From assembly GCF_902652985.1 (NCBI RefSeq), contig NC_047026.1, positions 9,734,001 through 9,798,000 on the forward strand: a DNA stretch of 64,000 bases, given 5' to 3'. A model generated the notes under the pieces. It did no database searches, had not been told where the DNA came from, and saw nothing but the letters and a program-made list of their open reading frames with translations. Of this stretch, positions 38,256 to 52,868 are shown piece by piece; the stretch's first letter is position 1, and each line of letters begins with the position of its first letter. Origin of the DNA: Pecten maximus (Eukaryota). The position numbers were made by a program, and so were the translations under genes.

Positions 38256-40474
38256 TAAAAGTGGAATATTTATGCATCTTTCTAAGCTCAGTAGAAATGC
38301 AAAACAGCGAACTACGCACAATTAGGCACGGTATGTACGCAGAGTTATGTGGTGTAGTGCTCTGATGTTTATTCTGTTGTAAAGATGAAACCGTGGACAC
38401 TAGACATACAATTTACTTAAAAGATACTGCTTTAGAGAGTTTGATGAAAATATCGATGCCTGATGGATATTAAATTCGGTAATCAAACGGTGTTTTCCGA
38501 AACAAAATGACAGCCGATAAAAATGTCCTTGAATTGAAAACGATATTAGATTTACTTGAGTATGATTTATATTAAAAGCCACAAAGTGACTTATTTGTAA
38601 ACGTAATCATTTATTTCCTTCAAATTGTACCTCAGAAAAGGAAGGGACACGAAACTACATAGATTACCATATCAAACTGTCATTTACAGAAATACTTCAC
38701 CTGCCCACCTTCAATAAAGATCTCCTTTGTAACATTTTACAACCATAGTATACCGTATAGCGGGAAGTTTCAGCGGGGCTTTAATTTGGCGATTTCGCGG
38801 GTCCGTATATAAATCGCCAAAATTTATTCTTCTCGATAACCACGCTCATATCTTAACGTCGGTTTACCAATAACTGACCGCTACAATTGATTCTTAGGAC
38901 AATCCAGTTCGACATTTAAGTAAGCTGTCAGTATCATATGTCTGCACTCTTTAAAATAGCATGACACTTTTATAGTACTCTCTAGTTTCGCGGTATTACG
39001 AGAAAGTTTCACTTTAAAAGGCGTTTGACATTATCAGGCAAACTGTTGACTCCTACAGAAATGAATCCTACAGGCTGTCGTATTCAACCAACTTTCGTCA
39101 GATGTTCCCCATTTTAATGAATTTAGCGAATATATATTTAATTAAGGATTTCCAGATGAACTTAATTACATTGTTTTCGGAGTGGGAATAAACGGAAACT
39201 GAAATAATCATCAAACATATTAGAACTGCACGATTTCAGAACCCACTTTCTTTCAATTAAAGCATGAAAAAGGAGGGCGGTAATGCTTGTTTTAACACCG
39301 GTCTATGTGTACTCTTCCTGAAATCACTGGTGTACCTGTAATTTGATGTAATGAAGAGAGTCAAGGAACATTATTTACGCCCAGACGGTAACTAGTCTTC
39401 GGGAACTATATTGTGTGTTAATGTGAATGTAGTTTGTTTTATTATCTGGGGAATTAGTGTGAATTAGACAGAACATTAAATATGAGTTTAAGAGGTGAAT
39501 GTTGGCATAACGTTTTGTGTTTATGTTTATCAATATACAGTAATGTTGTAGATCCTTACTCAGCTAACGATTTAATTACTGCTTTGTTGATTATAGAATG
39601 GAGCTGATCACGGGGACCTGATATTTATGACTATATATACCTGATCATAGGGATAGGATCTCAGGCGCGTGACATGTTCCCAGAATGAAAAGTTATAGCC
39701 CCAGGGTCCGACCCCTATATCACTTATTGAAAAGAGCTGGAATACCGTCTCTCAAAATTCAACACATTTAAAAAAATCAATTCTGGCCACAAATGAAGTC
39801 CGATTCTTTCCTTCTATGGCTCTTTTGAAAGAAAATGTAAAACGAATTCCATTGATACCTAACATAATATAATTCGAACCAGAGTTTTAAAATTACTACA
39901 AATGAAAGTTGGAATTTCGCTATACATGTCTAAGAGGTGTCTATTCCCTAATGAGCACATTTATATAAGCACTCTGTCTCACAAGCTTGTCATATTCAAC
40001 CAAACATATATTTACCTACCATGCATTGAAATAGCCAACACAATCTTCGAACTGTCTGTCCCTGAATGGTATAGCGTTTCTGATCGGCAAGCGGCATTCC
40101 TGTAACGAATCAGAAACATGGTACTATTCAGGGGCAGAACGTCACTGAGCCAAGCTGTGTATTTCAAAGTGTATATAGCAAATCTACATTCATGTTTCAG
40201 ACGATCCTTTGTAGTTCCAATGTATTGTGCATGGTTTCAAACTAAAAATCATTCTAAATTGATATTTTTTGTATTTGTTATTTTTGCAGCAAAGAACAGT
40301 TTACAATACAGCATCCAGTGTATATATATATATATGTGTGTACTGTGTATGTTTCACTAAAATAAATAATATTTTTAATCGCAGCATGCGTTTTTCTATT
40401 TCGTGTCTTACACACTTCTCACTAGAAATACATCTCATGATCAGCTTAAGGGCTTAAACGTTACATGAATCTTG

Positions 40475-41195
40475 ATTTCGTCCGTTATACACAGGTTAAC
40501 AAAAACTGATTTTATGTTTCGTCCGTTATACACAGGTTAACAAAAATGATATTGACAGTTTCGTCCGTTATACTAAGATTAAAAACTGGTATTAACAGTT
40601 TCGTCCGTTATACTAAGATTAAAAACTGGTATTAACAGTTTCGTAAATTATAGACATGTTAAAGAATAATGATATTTACAGTTTCGTCCGCTAAGAAAGT
40701 TTAACAAAAAACTTATATTAACAGATTCGTCCGTTATACACAGGTTAACAAAAAATGATGTTATCGGTTTGGTCCGTAATACACAGGTTAACGAATGATA
40801 ATATTGACAGCTTCGTCCTTTATAGATAGGTTATCAAAAACTGATATTATCAGTTTCGGCCGCTTAGACAGGTTAACAAAAACTGATATTAACAATTCAT
40901 CCGTTATAGACAGGTTAGCAAAAACTGATATTAACAATTCATCCGTTATAGACAGGTTAGCAAAAACTGATATTAACAATTCATCCGTTATAGACAGGTT
41001 AGCAAAAACTTATATTAACAATTCATCCGTTATAGACAGGTTAGCAAAAACTGATATTAACAATTCATCCGTTATAGACAGGTTAGCAAAAACTGATATT
41101 AACAATTCATCCGTTATAGACAGGTTAACAAAAACTGATACTAACAATTCATCCGTTATAGACAGGTTAACAAACACTGATATTATCAGTTTCAA
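40475..41195. repeat. 42-bp tandem repeat TTCATCCGTTATAGACAGGTTAGCAAAAACTGATATTAACAA, ~17 copies, homogeneous in the right half
   Basis: Directly visible. Confidence 0.95.
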
Positions 41196-41910
41196 CCTAT
41201 AACGTCATTGATACATCAAAGGAAGGAATGACTGTCGACATACAGAAGTAAAACGATTCCTTACAGACACTGGGAAAGCTGGTCTCTATAACTAGTTCAT
41301 AATATTACAGAATGTACTTCTGGGAAATATCAACAACAATGACAACGTATAATCAAATCTATAAATAACATTATCATAATGTAAATAAATTATCCTAAAC
41401 ATTTGGCGTAGCAATTTGTCCTAAAAACAACTACAGGTTATAAAATAGTGACGTAATATTGAAACACTATGTATATGCCATCTGTAGACGCTTGATTATT
41501 ACTTATAAAGTACATAACATATACTATATATAGATATGATGGAAGGCATTGCGTGATAGCTCTGTTATTCATCAATGGTTTTCCTCCGAGTCGCGAGACG
41601 CCACACAATGGAAACATAGGTGCCCCACGGCGCCTTTAACATCTTACTCGACTGTATGAGATAGTTAATCATTAAACATTAACGAATTGATGTTACCAGG
41701 TGATTGGGCTTACTATATATACATACTGGTAAACACAACCCTAATTGTGTAACTCTTGATTGTTGGTCTTTAATGATGCCAAATTATAGTCCTCAAAGTG
41801 AAACTTCTGTGTTTGCACTGAGTTTTTTTACCACTGTAATACATGTGCTACTCGCCTTGCCTGTTAAAGTACGTGTTCGGGACGTTAAATCATACGACTT
41901 CAAAGGATAG

Positions 41911-42140
41911 GGTAGTCGGTTTGTACAGTTGTAACACACTTGCCTTTCACCTAGGTGGCTGGGGTTCGATTCCCCGATCGGACGTGAAAAGATATGGGGT
42001 CACCTGCCCGACCACGTGGGTTTTGTCCGGGCTCTCCTGTTTCCTCCCACAAAAAGACCCCTCGCGCTCTTCAATCCAACAAGCGTGATTAAAATAAGCT
42101 TATATATCTTGTTTCGTAATTGATGTAAAATAAATAAAGC
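41911..42140 (+). mobile_element. tRNA-derived SINE, family A copy 2
   Basis: CTTTCACCTAGGTG..GGTTCGATTCCCCGATCG..GTGAAAAG; V-like GGGTTTTGTCCGGGCTCTCCTGTTTCCTCCCACA; AATAAA tail. Confidence 0.87.
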
Positions 42141-42360
42141 TTACATATATGTATGTTGCCATACCTTCGTGTCCAGGTACAATACGCTCATTCAATACTA
42201 TAACGCCTCTTTTTGTTTATATTATTCATCGTTTAATCGATTTTGAGTTAGAATGATGGTTTCATGATAATTTCGGTATAATCTTTGGGTATCTTGACAC
42301 ATTGCTAAAACTAGTAAGGTATACCTACAACCCTGCAGAGACTACTACTTACGTTTAATC

Positions 42361-42584
42361 TGTTTTGGTTTGGTTTGGTTTGTTTAACGTCCTATTAACA
42401 GCCAGTGTCATTTAAGGACGTGCCAGGTTTTGGAGGTGGAGGAAAGTCGGAGTACCCGGAGAAAAACCATCGGGCTACGGCCAGTACCTGGCAACTGCCT
42501 CACGTATGTTTCAAACTCGCAACCCAGAGGTGGAGGACTAGTGATAAAGTGTCGGGACACCTAAATTTTTGGCCACCGCGACCC
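42361..42584 (-). mobile_element. tRNA-derived SINE, family B, near full length
   Basis: Minus strand reads GGGTCGCGGTGGCC head, GGTTTTTCTCCGGGTACTCCGACTTTCCTCCACC core, GCTGTTAATAGGACGTTAAAC and an (AAACC)n tail. Confidence 0.87.
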
Positions 42585-45500
42585 GTCACGTCCTCAATAT
42601 AAACACCCTATTGTTCAATGGGTTTTATTTTCAATTAAACGAATCTCCACACAATATCCATTATCAGTAACGACTACTTACCATTCTAATTCAAAATCGA
42701 TATAACGAGGACAGCTGTATATAGAAAATAATTGAAATAAAGACCCTTACCAGCCACCAGCAGGTCTCTGCAACTTAATATATAATGGGGATTTATATAT
42801 CAAATAGTTAATATAATTAAGAAGAAATAATTTAACGCCCGTCCCATGCCAAAGGAAAATGCATTTTAAATGAATACAAATACAGTGTATATAATAATCA
42901 TGGAAACGAAACACTAATTGTCTTATCGAAAAATTAACCAAGGTAAACTATTTTTGCAATAACAGTCGAATAAAAACTGATCCTACTAGGAAATAGAAAT
43001 ACAAAACAAAACAGATCTCCAGATAAACAAACATCGGATGGACAACATCATACCATAAAACTCCCGGTGAATTTTGTATAATGTAATGTATAATAGGAAC
43101 ACATACATTTTTGCTTTAACTGCAACTCCAATTTTTTAGCGAAGAATTCCGAAATTCGGCTGATTGATTTTAAAACCTTATTGTGTCCATTTTAAGCAGA
43201 AGATGTTTACTCCTTTGCGACATTCTCCTTGTACTTATTAAGTGTCTCCATGCAAATTTAGATGTTTCGTTCATATTGTACCCCTCGCTTTATTCACTTT
43301 GAGTTCAATTCAGTGTTATTTCTGAAATTTGATAGCTTACTGGACACCTTTAAATTACAACTTACAAATGATATAAATTTAGAATTCTCAGGCGATTTGT
43401 GGTCATTGTTCTGTGCCAGGGTCGAGCATACATTTTATGTCCTTGCTGCTTGTATGCCTAGGCTATGTAAAATTGGTGCGAATTTTCAAAGGATTGAATA
43501 CTAAGGACTTGATTCAGTCTGCCTCGCTCGTAGCAAGCCCCGCGTGGGCATGCTTGTGATTGCTATAAACACAGGATCTCGGCCCACATGTCCCCAGAGA
43601 CAGACTAATCCACATCGGCCAATCAGCTTACCCTGTATCATGTAGACTTAATTACAGATGTTATCCATATAGAAGTTTATGGCCCTAGTGAGGGTTTAGA
43701 TGATGTTGACGAAAGGGTAGTCTCCAAAGGTTCCTGGACTGTTCCGTTCTCAGTGTAGTAAAATCTAGTGGATTAACTAGGCTAATCATTGTCCCCCTAT
43801 GGAAGAGCTGTTGGAGCAAGGTTGATACACAGACAAAATGCCTTGAGGTCAATTTGACATCAAAACATTTTGACCAGATATTGACCTGAATTGACATGAA
43901 GACATTTTGCTTGTGTAGACCGAGATCCATATTTCTCCTAAGCTGGGTATGAGAGCAGAAGTTATAAAGCTCCTTAACAAGGGTCGTGTCCTCCTTCGTC
44001 CTTTGCAGTTCCCGACGGCTATTCTGCAGGAGATATTGCCTGTTGCTGTTCTCTAAGTCTATTTCGGCGATCAGTATATCTTAACGTGTGATTATCCTTG
44101 ATGCACATTTGAAGGATCTTCTTCCAATCGATCTGTATTGCTGGCGATTTTTGGGAACAAATTAGCATGTAGATCTTTGTTCCGAGACTCACAATGCCTA
44201 TGACCCACTTTCTATCTGTACCTCCATGCAGTAGGACGCGGCGAAATCGACCATTACATCAACTAGGTAGCCTTAACGATAAGGAACAAGCTAAGCTCCA
44301 CTTCCATGTCAACTTCCATACACTGATTGCGCTGACAGGATAGTATGCCATAACTGGTACGTGAGACAGAAGATCATTAGCTTGGTAGTGACTACACGAA
44401 CCATACTTTCTGTAAGGCTCTGTGATGACATGTTGCTGTTTTGTGTCGAAAGTTTTACTCTTTCTCAAGCCAGCGAGTCAATAGTTCTCTACCAGGAGTG
44501 GTTTCCCCTCGCGAGTGAAATCCAATATTATCTAGTCTAAGACTCAATGCTCTTCGTATATCATTTTCTCATTTTGGTTATTGTATCCTTGAAATATTTG
44601 AGAATACGTCTCTCTTGCTCTCCTTCTTTGCCAGTTGGAACAACTTAATGGCGGTTTATTTAACTGCTTCTCTTGGTTCCCAAACTCTCCGTCAGATGTG
44701 ATACTTTTGAGCATCTATTCATCCGCTTGCTCCATGGCCGGTCACTTCGTTCGAACACTATCCTTTGTCTTTACTATGTTTAATTTAACAACACGCAAAC
44801 AGTCCCGGAATGTGAAATGGCGATTTACGATATAGCGATATATTAATTCTAAGATAACTGACTTAAGTAACATTATAAGTTTATATCTCTCTACTAGAAA
44901 GTAGCATGACCTTAATATTACACATTGAGCATACAACCTCTGGAGAACGCTGCATTATGTCAGGATGCAACGCTGGATTTAAGTAGTGATAACGTTGTGA
45001 ATGAAAGTCTACATATGACATCCTCAGAATGTCAGTGTGGTATGTTCTGGTAACATTTTATTTAATTGTGTAAGCGTTTGCACAACGTTACACCTTGTTA
45101 TACAATAAGTATGATGCCCCTAAGGTAGACGAAACACATTTTTTTTGAAAACTTTAATGACGTCATTATTTCTACAGTGACTTCATTTCTTCCACTACCG
45201 TTTCCCATTTCTATTGCAGTCCATGGCCAACTTTGAGCGTCTGTTATGTGATCATGGTATAACTATTGTAGAAACGAATTCACTTTGGTTACATGTAATG
45301 CGCATGTGTGTGCGGAAACAAGAAGTGACGATGCGCATGTCTAGCAAACTTTGCTCAACCACTAATTTCCTTTGGTCCGATTTCGTTTGCGCATGCGTCA
45401 CCATTTTGATGCACGGCAGTGATTGGTTGTAGTTTATACACATTACATTAGACAGAACAGCCTAACTATTGAAAATAGTATGACTGAAATCATAACGTGC

Positions 45501-47824
45501 TGTATTTGTAAAATACAAATACATGAAAAAAGGGTAAATCGTGTTCTCCGTATCATCGGTAATACATGTGTTTGTTTGCGATATGAATAATATATGTATA
45601 GGGTTTATATCTTGAATTATTATTCTGCATTTATTTTAAACAATATTTCATCAACATTCAAGTACACACATCACAATACAAATCATGTATACTTATAGGA
45701 TTGGTAAACAAGCTAAAAGCTTATGCTAATTCCTTTCCTAAAACACGATTACGGCGTTAAATTATGGACATTTACACACAATATTGAGATGAACAAATTA
45801 ACTTCTCAACAAAATACTTCAGCTGATTACATATTTGATACTTTTAACTCTGAAAACATTGATGTAACTTCAGTGTTGTTTGAAAACTAAAGATGTTGAC
45901 ATTATTAAAATCGTTTACGGTTAAAAATGAAGTTCTGTACAGAAATGAATTTTTCTTCACTTTCCTTAGTGTTTAGCGATTGATCACCCTATAAGAGACT
46001 ATCTAGGTTTTCACTAATATCATACTCTTCGTCATTATATTGATAAATATTGTTGTCTGATAAGATCATCAGTAATACAATTGAATAAATAATAAAAAGT
46101 GCCTTCTGTCATAAAACCACATGTCCATCGAGGTGAATCCACAAGATTTTTACGAAAAAGATGCTGGTTTAGTGAACTGCATTCTTGTCAGAGTTTAGCA
46201 AGGAGAATTTGACCTGTTCTTTTTCAAATGTTAAAATAATTAGATAAAAGTATGTTACTCGTGTTGTGTAGATGTGTTTTGAGGACATTGACAGAAGAAT
46301 TTTCTTTCACATCTAATGGCAGTTCATTCCAGAGTCTAATAGATGAGGGTAAGAAGTATTTCTGATACAGGTTTGTTCGTGTAAGTATTGCTTGATGTAA
46401 GTCTGATCGTCTGATACTATGTCTACGGTTTTTCCGACGTTCTTAAAGGCACTAAGGCACTAAGATAAATAGTTTGGAGTTATGTTATGAACCATTTTAT
46501 GATATTGAACTATGTTTTTGTTCTTTTTAACGACGATCTATAAGTTTTTCCCAATTTGTGTCTTTATAAAGAGGTTCAAAGTTTGCAAGCTCAGTTCCCC
46601 ATGTAATAAACGTTTCGATGCAGATTCTATAACATTATCAATATGAACATTCCAAGAAAAAATTGACGAAAACCAGACTCCAAGATGCTTATGATTAGAT
46701 ACTTCAGAAATAATGCTATAATTAAATAATCCTAATGTTTTTCGAGAAATGAGTAAACTTTCTGTTTTGTCGGGATTAAAAGTTACCAGCCATTTATCAG
46801 CCCATTTTTGAATGTTATCAAAATCATTATTTAACACAGTACTTGCTACATTCGGATTGTCCATAATTACGTAAAGAGTCGTATAATCAGCAAAAAGTTT
46901 AACATTACATCTGAAATTGACAACAATGTCATCAATATAAGTTAGAAAAAGTAAAGTGCCAAGGATTGACCCTTGTTGAATACCTGCGGTTATATTTTTG
47001 AAATCCGAAAAAATTCCCGCCCAAAATTACCCTTTGTTTCCTATTTTTTAAATAACTGTGGAACCATTTAATAATTTGCCTGATAATCTCGCTACTGTCA
47101 GCTTGTATCGCAAACACTATTCTTATTTCTTTACCTAAATCTAATGTTTTCCCGATATCACTTGTGATATAAAAGTAGGTGAATAACTGCAGAATCGCCA
47201 GCGGTAAAACCGGATTGGTACAGTAAAAAAATGTTTATCTCTGAGGCAATTATATACGTATTGGAATACACAACGTTCCGTTAATTTACCAACAATACTT
47301 ATAAGTGAAATGGGTCTGTAATTAGATATAATAGATCTGTCCCCCTTTTTAAAAACAGGAGTGACATTTGTAGTTTTCCAACTGTCTGGATATATACCTA
47401 CATTTAAAAAAATATTAAAAATACAACTCAATTGCTCACATAATTGATTTTCCCTTCTTTTAAAGGTAATCCGTGTATCAAGTCAGGACCAGTTACCTTA
47501 GACACATTTAAAACACTAATTGCATCGTTTACATCTTTCGGTGTAATAGTGAAAACATCTAAGTGAGGAGGAGGAGGAAATGTATTGCCCGGAGGAAGTG
47601 TAGCTTGTATTGTATTTATGGTAGACTGTTCTGAAAAATAGGCGTCAAATGCTTCTACTTTACCTTTATCATCTTTAAATACGATATTGCACACATATTA
47701 ATGGAGGTATAGAATGTGATTTTTAAGAGAAAAGTGTAAAACTATTTGCTATTTTCCACCATTCGCGCGAAGAGCGTTTTGTCAACTTTAGCGTATCTGC
47801 TTCTTTATTTAGATAATCTACCTT

Positions 47825-48228
47825 ACCACAGAACCAAATCAAAAATAGATTGAATGCATCGGGGCCTACTGATTGGATATTTAGGTGAGAGAAGTTTCCA
47901 AAGTTTTATGTGTGTGCGGGGCAATACATGTAGATGTAAAATATACATATATTTTTTTTCTCTAGCCTGTTTTTGTCAGGGGGAGTTAATTAAGTGTGTA
48001 TTTTGTTGTAAATTTAGGTGAAGTTTTGGTGCTGAATTCAATACAAGATGGTGCCCCCATATAAAAAAAAAGTTCAAATTGGTAGAATTTTTAATCATTC
48101 TATTTACAGGTTTCCGAGATGACATTCTTCAAAATTATGGTTAGTGGACCAGAGTTGAAAACTCCAATCAAGCAGGACAGTGGTAATGTTAACATTATCG
48201 TCTATTAGAAATAATTTGGTTCTGTGGT
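47825..48228. mobile_element. ~400-bp MITE with 15-bp perfect TIRs (ACCACAGAACCAAAT)
   Basis: TIRs at 47825-47839 and 48214-48228; CCT(T) on both flanks; interrupts the LINE. Confidence 0.82.
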
Positions 48229-48518
48229 TCCTTTAGCATCAACACAAGTGTTTCGTAACTGTTTTAACTTATCCCAATGAACTTGACTCTGTGTACGTTT
48301 AGCTTTTCTGCGCAATCGTTTCCTTGCTCTTACTAAAGTTCTGATTCTATTGTGTATCCATAGGGAATCTCGAGTACGAACAGTAATAAATCTATTTGGA
48401 ATTGAAACTAAAGCACATTCTAATACGGATTTAGTTAAGAAGTTTACTGCGTCTTGTGGAGAGCAATTTGTGATATTTTTTCTTCAATCGATTTCACCAA
48501 GTTTGATATTAAATAAAT

Positions 48519-51500
48519 AGTGGAGTCCCTACGGGAATCCCGTGGACTTTTTTGAAGGAAGCTGGAGGTAATGATTTTACAAAAGTATATGATGTCCTTA
48601 ATCAAAAAATGTTTGTTGTCATTCTGACTTCCGCGTCTAGTCGATTTAATGACGCAATCAAAATGGCGGCCATAGCAACCAGATTTTTACAATAAAAGGT
48701 CTGGTTTAGCAAATGAGTTTCAGACAGACATATTACAAAATACGTTTTATTAAAATATCAATTGGCGATTACATGATAGGAACTTAATTATTTGAGAGTT
48801 TTCGTCACCGGAAGTGAATTCAATTAAGAAATGGACAAAATGGCGGCCATAGCAACCGATTTTTTAATCCCAATAATGACAAAAATGATACATTATGTGT
48901 TCATGCATACGGATTTTTGCCGAAATATCTCTATAAATAGGTTGCTGTCAAATCAGGTTCAATGTAAATCCTGCAGTTTATCAGTTTGTTTTATTCCAAC
49001 GGAAGCTGTTAAAGTTAAGAATAAGTTAAAATGGCCGCCATAGCAACCAGCGGTACCAAAAGAACAACTTGTAAAACGAATACAAATACACAGATGTTTC
49101 GTAGAATTTGTTGATAAATGTCATATTGTGGCTTTGTGATGCAACTTATTTGAAATTACATAGCTTTCCTTCATAATTTATAAAAGTAGCTAAGATTCAT
49201 ATTTAGGGCAAAATGTTTAATAAAAATATTTAAAGCTAACAAAAAGGCATAACAAACACATTACCTCAATGTCCGTCTCTACTCACAACGTTATTTCTTC
49301 CATATCATTTTTTTCTTACAACAAATGGCCCAATGGTGTGTTTTCACATGCCTCATCATCTGCTTCACACGCGCAAAGTTCTGTACAAACCAAATTTTTC
49401 GTTTTGCATTTGCATTTATTTGACGAGCATTGTGTTGTTTTGCACTTACAAAAAATAAGTTCAAGCATTGCAGTTGGTGCAGGAGGTAGGGATGCCATGA
49501 CTGGGATATATATATCGTGTTCCTCTTTCCATCCAAACAAAGTAGGAGATGGAAGCACGGGACAGGCAACGTCATCGTTGAACCAAATTATAGCCTGAAG
49601 CTGGGTTCGCAGGATTGACTGTTTGAGTGCTGCCCTTGTAGGCGGTAGCTTTTCAGCTTCAGCTTGCTTTTGTTTAATATTCCACCAGCGTAGATGACCA
49701 ATATCCGTCAGGGATGTTTTCGGACAATATAGAGAGCATGTGAAATGTTCGATCTTCTTTTCCATGTCTTCTGTTAGTTCCAGTTTTCCAAGGTCTGCGA
49801 AAACACGCTTTATTGATTCGTCTGCAATTTGAAACGCCTTCCAAAATGAGAGTTTACCTTTACCGGAAAACGTCCCAGTATTATCGGCTCCTGAAAACGC
49901 ATGGAATCCAGGTAGGGCCTCTATTTCCAAAGACGAAAGACTGTGATATACTTGACCCAAATCTATTTCCCGTTGCCTATTTCCTGTTCCAGTGCAAAAC
50001 TTGGTACATTTTGGAAGTCGTGGGTACCTTCTCAGAAAAAGGATGAACACGTCGGTGTCGAGGGAGTGGATGGCTAGGGTAGATGTTCCTTCCTTGACTT
50101 GCGTCCAGAGCATGCAGGACGAGTTTTGTGTCCGCTTCTTCTTGAGTACTTGCCAAATGTTCAGCATCAAACAAAGTTGACCTTACTTGATCTCTCCATG
50201 CACATACCAGGTGCAAGCTCCTTTCAGTTGCATACTGCAAGTGATTTTATTGACACGTATGTTGACAATTCATCCTTTGTAGATGAATGTGAAAGGAACT
50301 TTGCCATGGATATATTGGTGATATTGGTTTGGTCAGTCACGTGGTAAGCCACCGATTCCTTTTTACCGAGTCTTCTTTGTCTTGTGCCATCCTTCAGAGA
50401 TTTCGTAACATCATACCTATCGAAAACCAGATGTACTTCGTTATATCTAAGTAGATATTTTTTTTGAAATAATTTGTATGAAGTGCTCTGCTAGGTCACT
50501 GCAATCTTTTACCCAATGCGGTTTTCCCACCGCTTGTACCTCCACCATACCATCTACAATCGCTGTAGCATTGTCTCCTGCGAATAGTTCGTCTGTGTTG
50601 TTAATGGCGCTATCAGTTGCTGTGTTTTCTAGGATGTTCATTAGCTTGCTCTTCACTGAGCAGTGCAATAAGTGACCGTCTGATGAAAAGAAGGCCCTGG
50701 GAATCACAGACAATTCGTAGGTGGCAATGTTGTCCTGAGCGTTCACCTCTGGTCGGGATCTTGCAGCAATGATAATCAGAGCGAACAATCCCCGATCTTC
50801 GCGGAGTTCTAATACGGTTTTATTTGCTGTGATTCTCACTTTCTTGCAGCTTTCTTTCCATGTTTTGAGTTTGTTCTTTTTCAATACAGCCCATAAACCA
50901 ACTTCGTTTGTCCTGACGCGTTCATTCAAATATGGTGTCCTTTCTCTGAAAGTGTCATCAAATCTGTCTTCACCCCTTCTGTCATAACCTCCTTGGTGAC
51001 GATGTTGATGACATCTTCTCCTTCATAGGTAAACGGATTGGTAAATGTCCTCATGACTTCAGTGAGAGCCGCAACATTTTTTCCTGTCTCGAAAGGCATG
51101 GTCTATTGTCCTGGTGATGACGAGTCTTGATACCGTCTCGGTTTTCAGAGTCACTCGCATCGTTTACCAAATGTGTAAGCTGTGAGGAAACGAGAAAGAA
51201 CCTTGACCGAGCTGTATCATTCAATGTTATACCAACGATGCCACCGGAAACCTTCATCCATCTGTTAATGTGTTCAAGCGCATGGTCGGCACCAATACCA
51301 CAAAATGGTATCTTATTTTTGTTCACAACCCAGTTTCCGCTGCAAAATTGCATCCACAACTCGGGATCGTCCGCTTCGATTGCTCGCATTTCGGCCAGGT
51401 ACAACGAAATCATCCTTGCGTAATTTGATTTATCCAAAGCAAAGAAATACTTGGTAAAAGTCTCGAGCGACTGAAGATGCAACTCCCAGTTTCCGGTATG

Positions 51501-52868
51501 AAACGACCGTATGAACTGAAGCATGATCGATACTATCTCCATGTACTACCGTATAACTACAAACATAGGGTTCCTTGCGGATTGGTTATCATATTCTGCT
51601 ATCTTGGACATGATGTTGTGATTGACTAAATCAGATACAAGTGCCGCGTGGGAAAGCTTCGTGTTTTGTCGATTTTCAAATGCATTGTCCAAATCTGGAA
51701 CATGTTTTCGTATCAAATCTAGGAGAGTCGGATAGGCATTGAACAATCCATCGGCATACAAATCAAACAAAGACAGTAAGGTGACGGTGTGAGCCGTTAT
51801 CATACGTTTTTATATTACGTTAATTACAAATGAATATACAGCTATAATCCCGATAATTTCTTTAAACCATTTAAAGAAATCCGGAATTTTATCATTTCTG
51901 ACCGTAATTGGCTTTAATTTTACAATATCCCGGAAAATGTATTATGTGGCGCAAAGCGGCATTGTAACATATCTATATTCTGTAAATGAAGCAAAATAAT
52001 GCTTTTATGTAAAACAAATAAGTAAACCACATCCATGCAGACTAAATTTACTGAATTTATTCACAATCATATGATATTTGAGGACGTATAAATTCAAGAT
52101 AGTGAGTAAACACACGGTAACATTATGGGACTGTTTCAAGTGTTATAAAGCTGTACTTAATAAGAATTTTTAGAGAAAAACATCAAAAATGCATTACCAT
52201 TGTGTCTGCTAAGATGATCAAACTGAAGAATAGAAGTAGAAAAAGCATTCCTGGTCTGGATTTTCATATTTTCCCCGCTGAAAAACTTTGACCAGAAGTT
52301 ATACTAATAAAATTTCTCGGTTGAAAAACGGTACCCGCAGTTCCGGAATTTAAATCGAAATGATTTTGTCCTTTTGATTTATTACCAATTTATATCGTCA
52401 AACTCTATTTAATATGTGACATATTGATATAAATAAATAATATATTTTTTCCTGTCCACATTTTATTGATTTAACTTGTGAATACGCCGTTTGTTTCATA
52501 ATTAATCGTGCGTTTTTACAGAAATTTTAGTCCTTAAAATGTTAAAATAACCATAAACTTACTCAAATAATTTTTTTAAAGAGCAAAATATATTTTACAG
52601 TGTGCAAATACATATTTATTAACATTAACTCGTATTTAATGTTTGATACAACAATCAAACTAATGATATAACCCAGAAAAATAGGTGAGTTTATACATGG
52701 ACAAAACATTTTGACCGCCATCTTGATGACGTCATAAAAACGATATGACGCGCATGCGCGACTGACAACAAACATTTTTTTGAAGTATACTATCTATACT
52801 ATCAATTTATCATGGTCTCTTGCTTCCTTCATGAAGTGCCCACGGGAGTAAAATTTCTGCCCTTGGGG
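48519..52868 (-). mobile_element. Academ-type DNA transposon, internally deleted
   Basis: AAT duplicated at 48516-48518 and 52869-52871; imperfect subterminal IRs (CCCGTGG..TGAAGGAAGC); three ATGGC(G/C)GCCATAGCAACC repeats; coding relics inside. Confidence 0.8.
49316..51803 (-). pseudogene. Academ transposase C-terminal part, XPG/PIN-like nuclease and Cys-rich zinc domain, with frameshifts and stops
   Basis: FIRSFHTGNWELHL..YFFALDKSNYAR; DHALEHINR..GGIVGIT; IVDGM; QEEADTKLVLHA; DTDV; FHAFSGADNT..GKGK; LPPT; CKCKTTQCSSNKCKCKTKNLVCTELCAC. Confidence 0.85.

Noticed and set aside
38751-38830. TACCGTATAGCGGG.. MITE-like terminus
   Set aside because: No partner end found in the window
43500-44900. 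Possible decayed SGNH-esterase-type LINE ORF1 on the minus strand (RRVLLHGGT, DYPFVNII)
   Set aside because: Too fragmentary to support without a profile search
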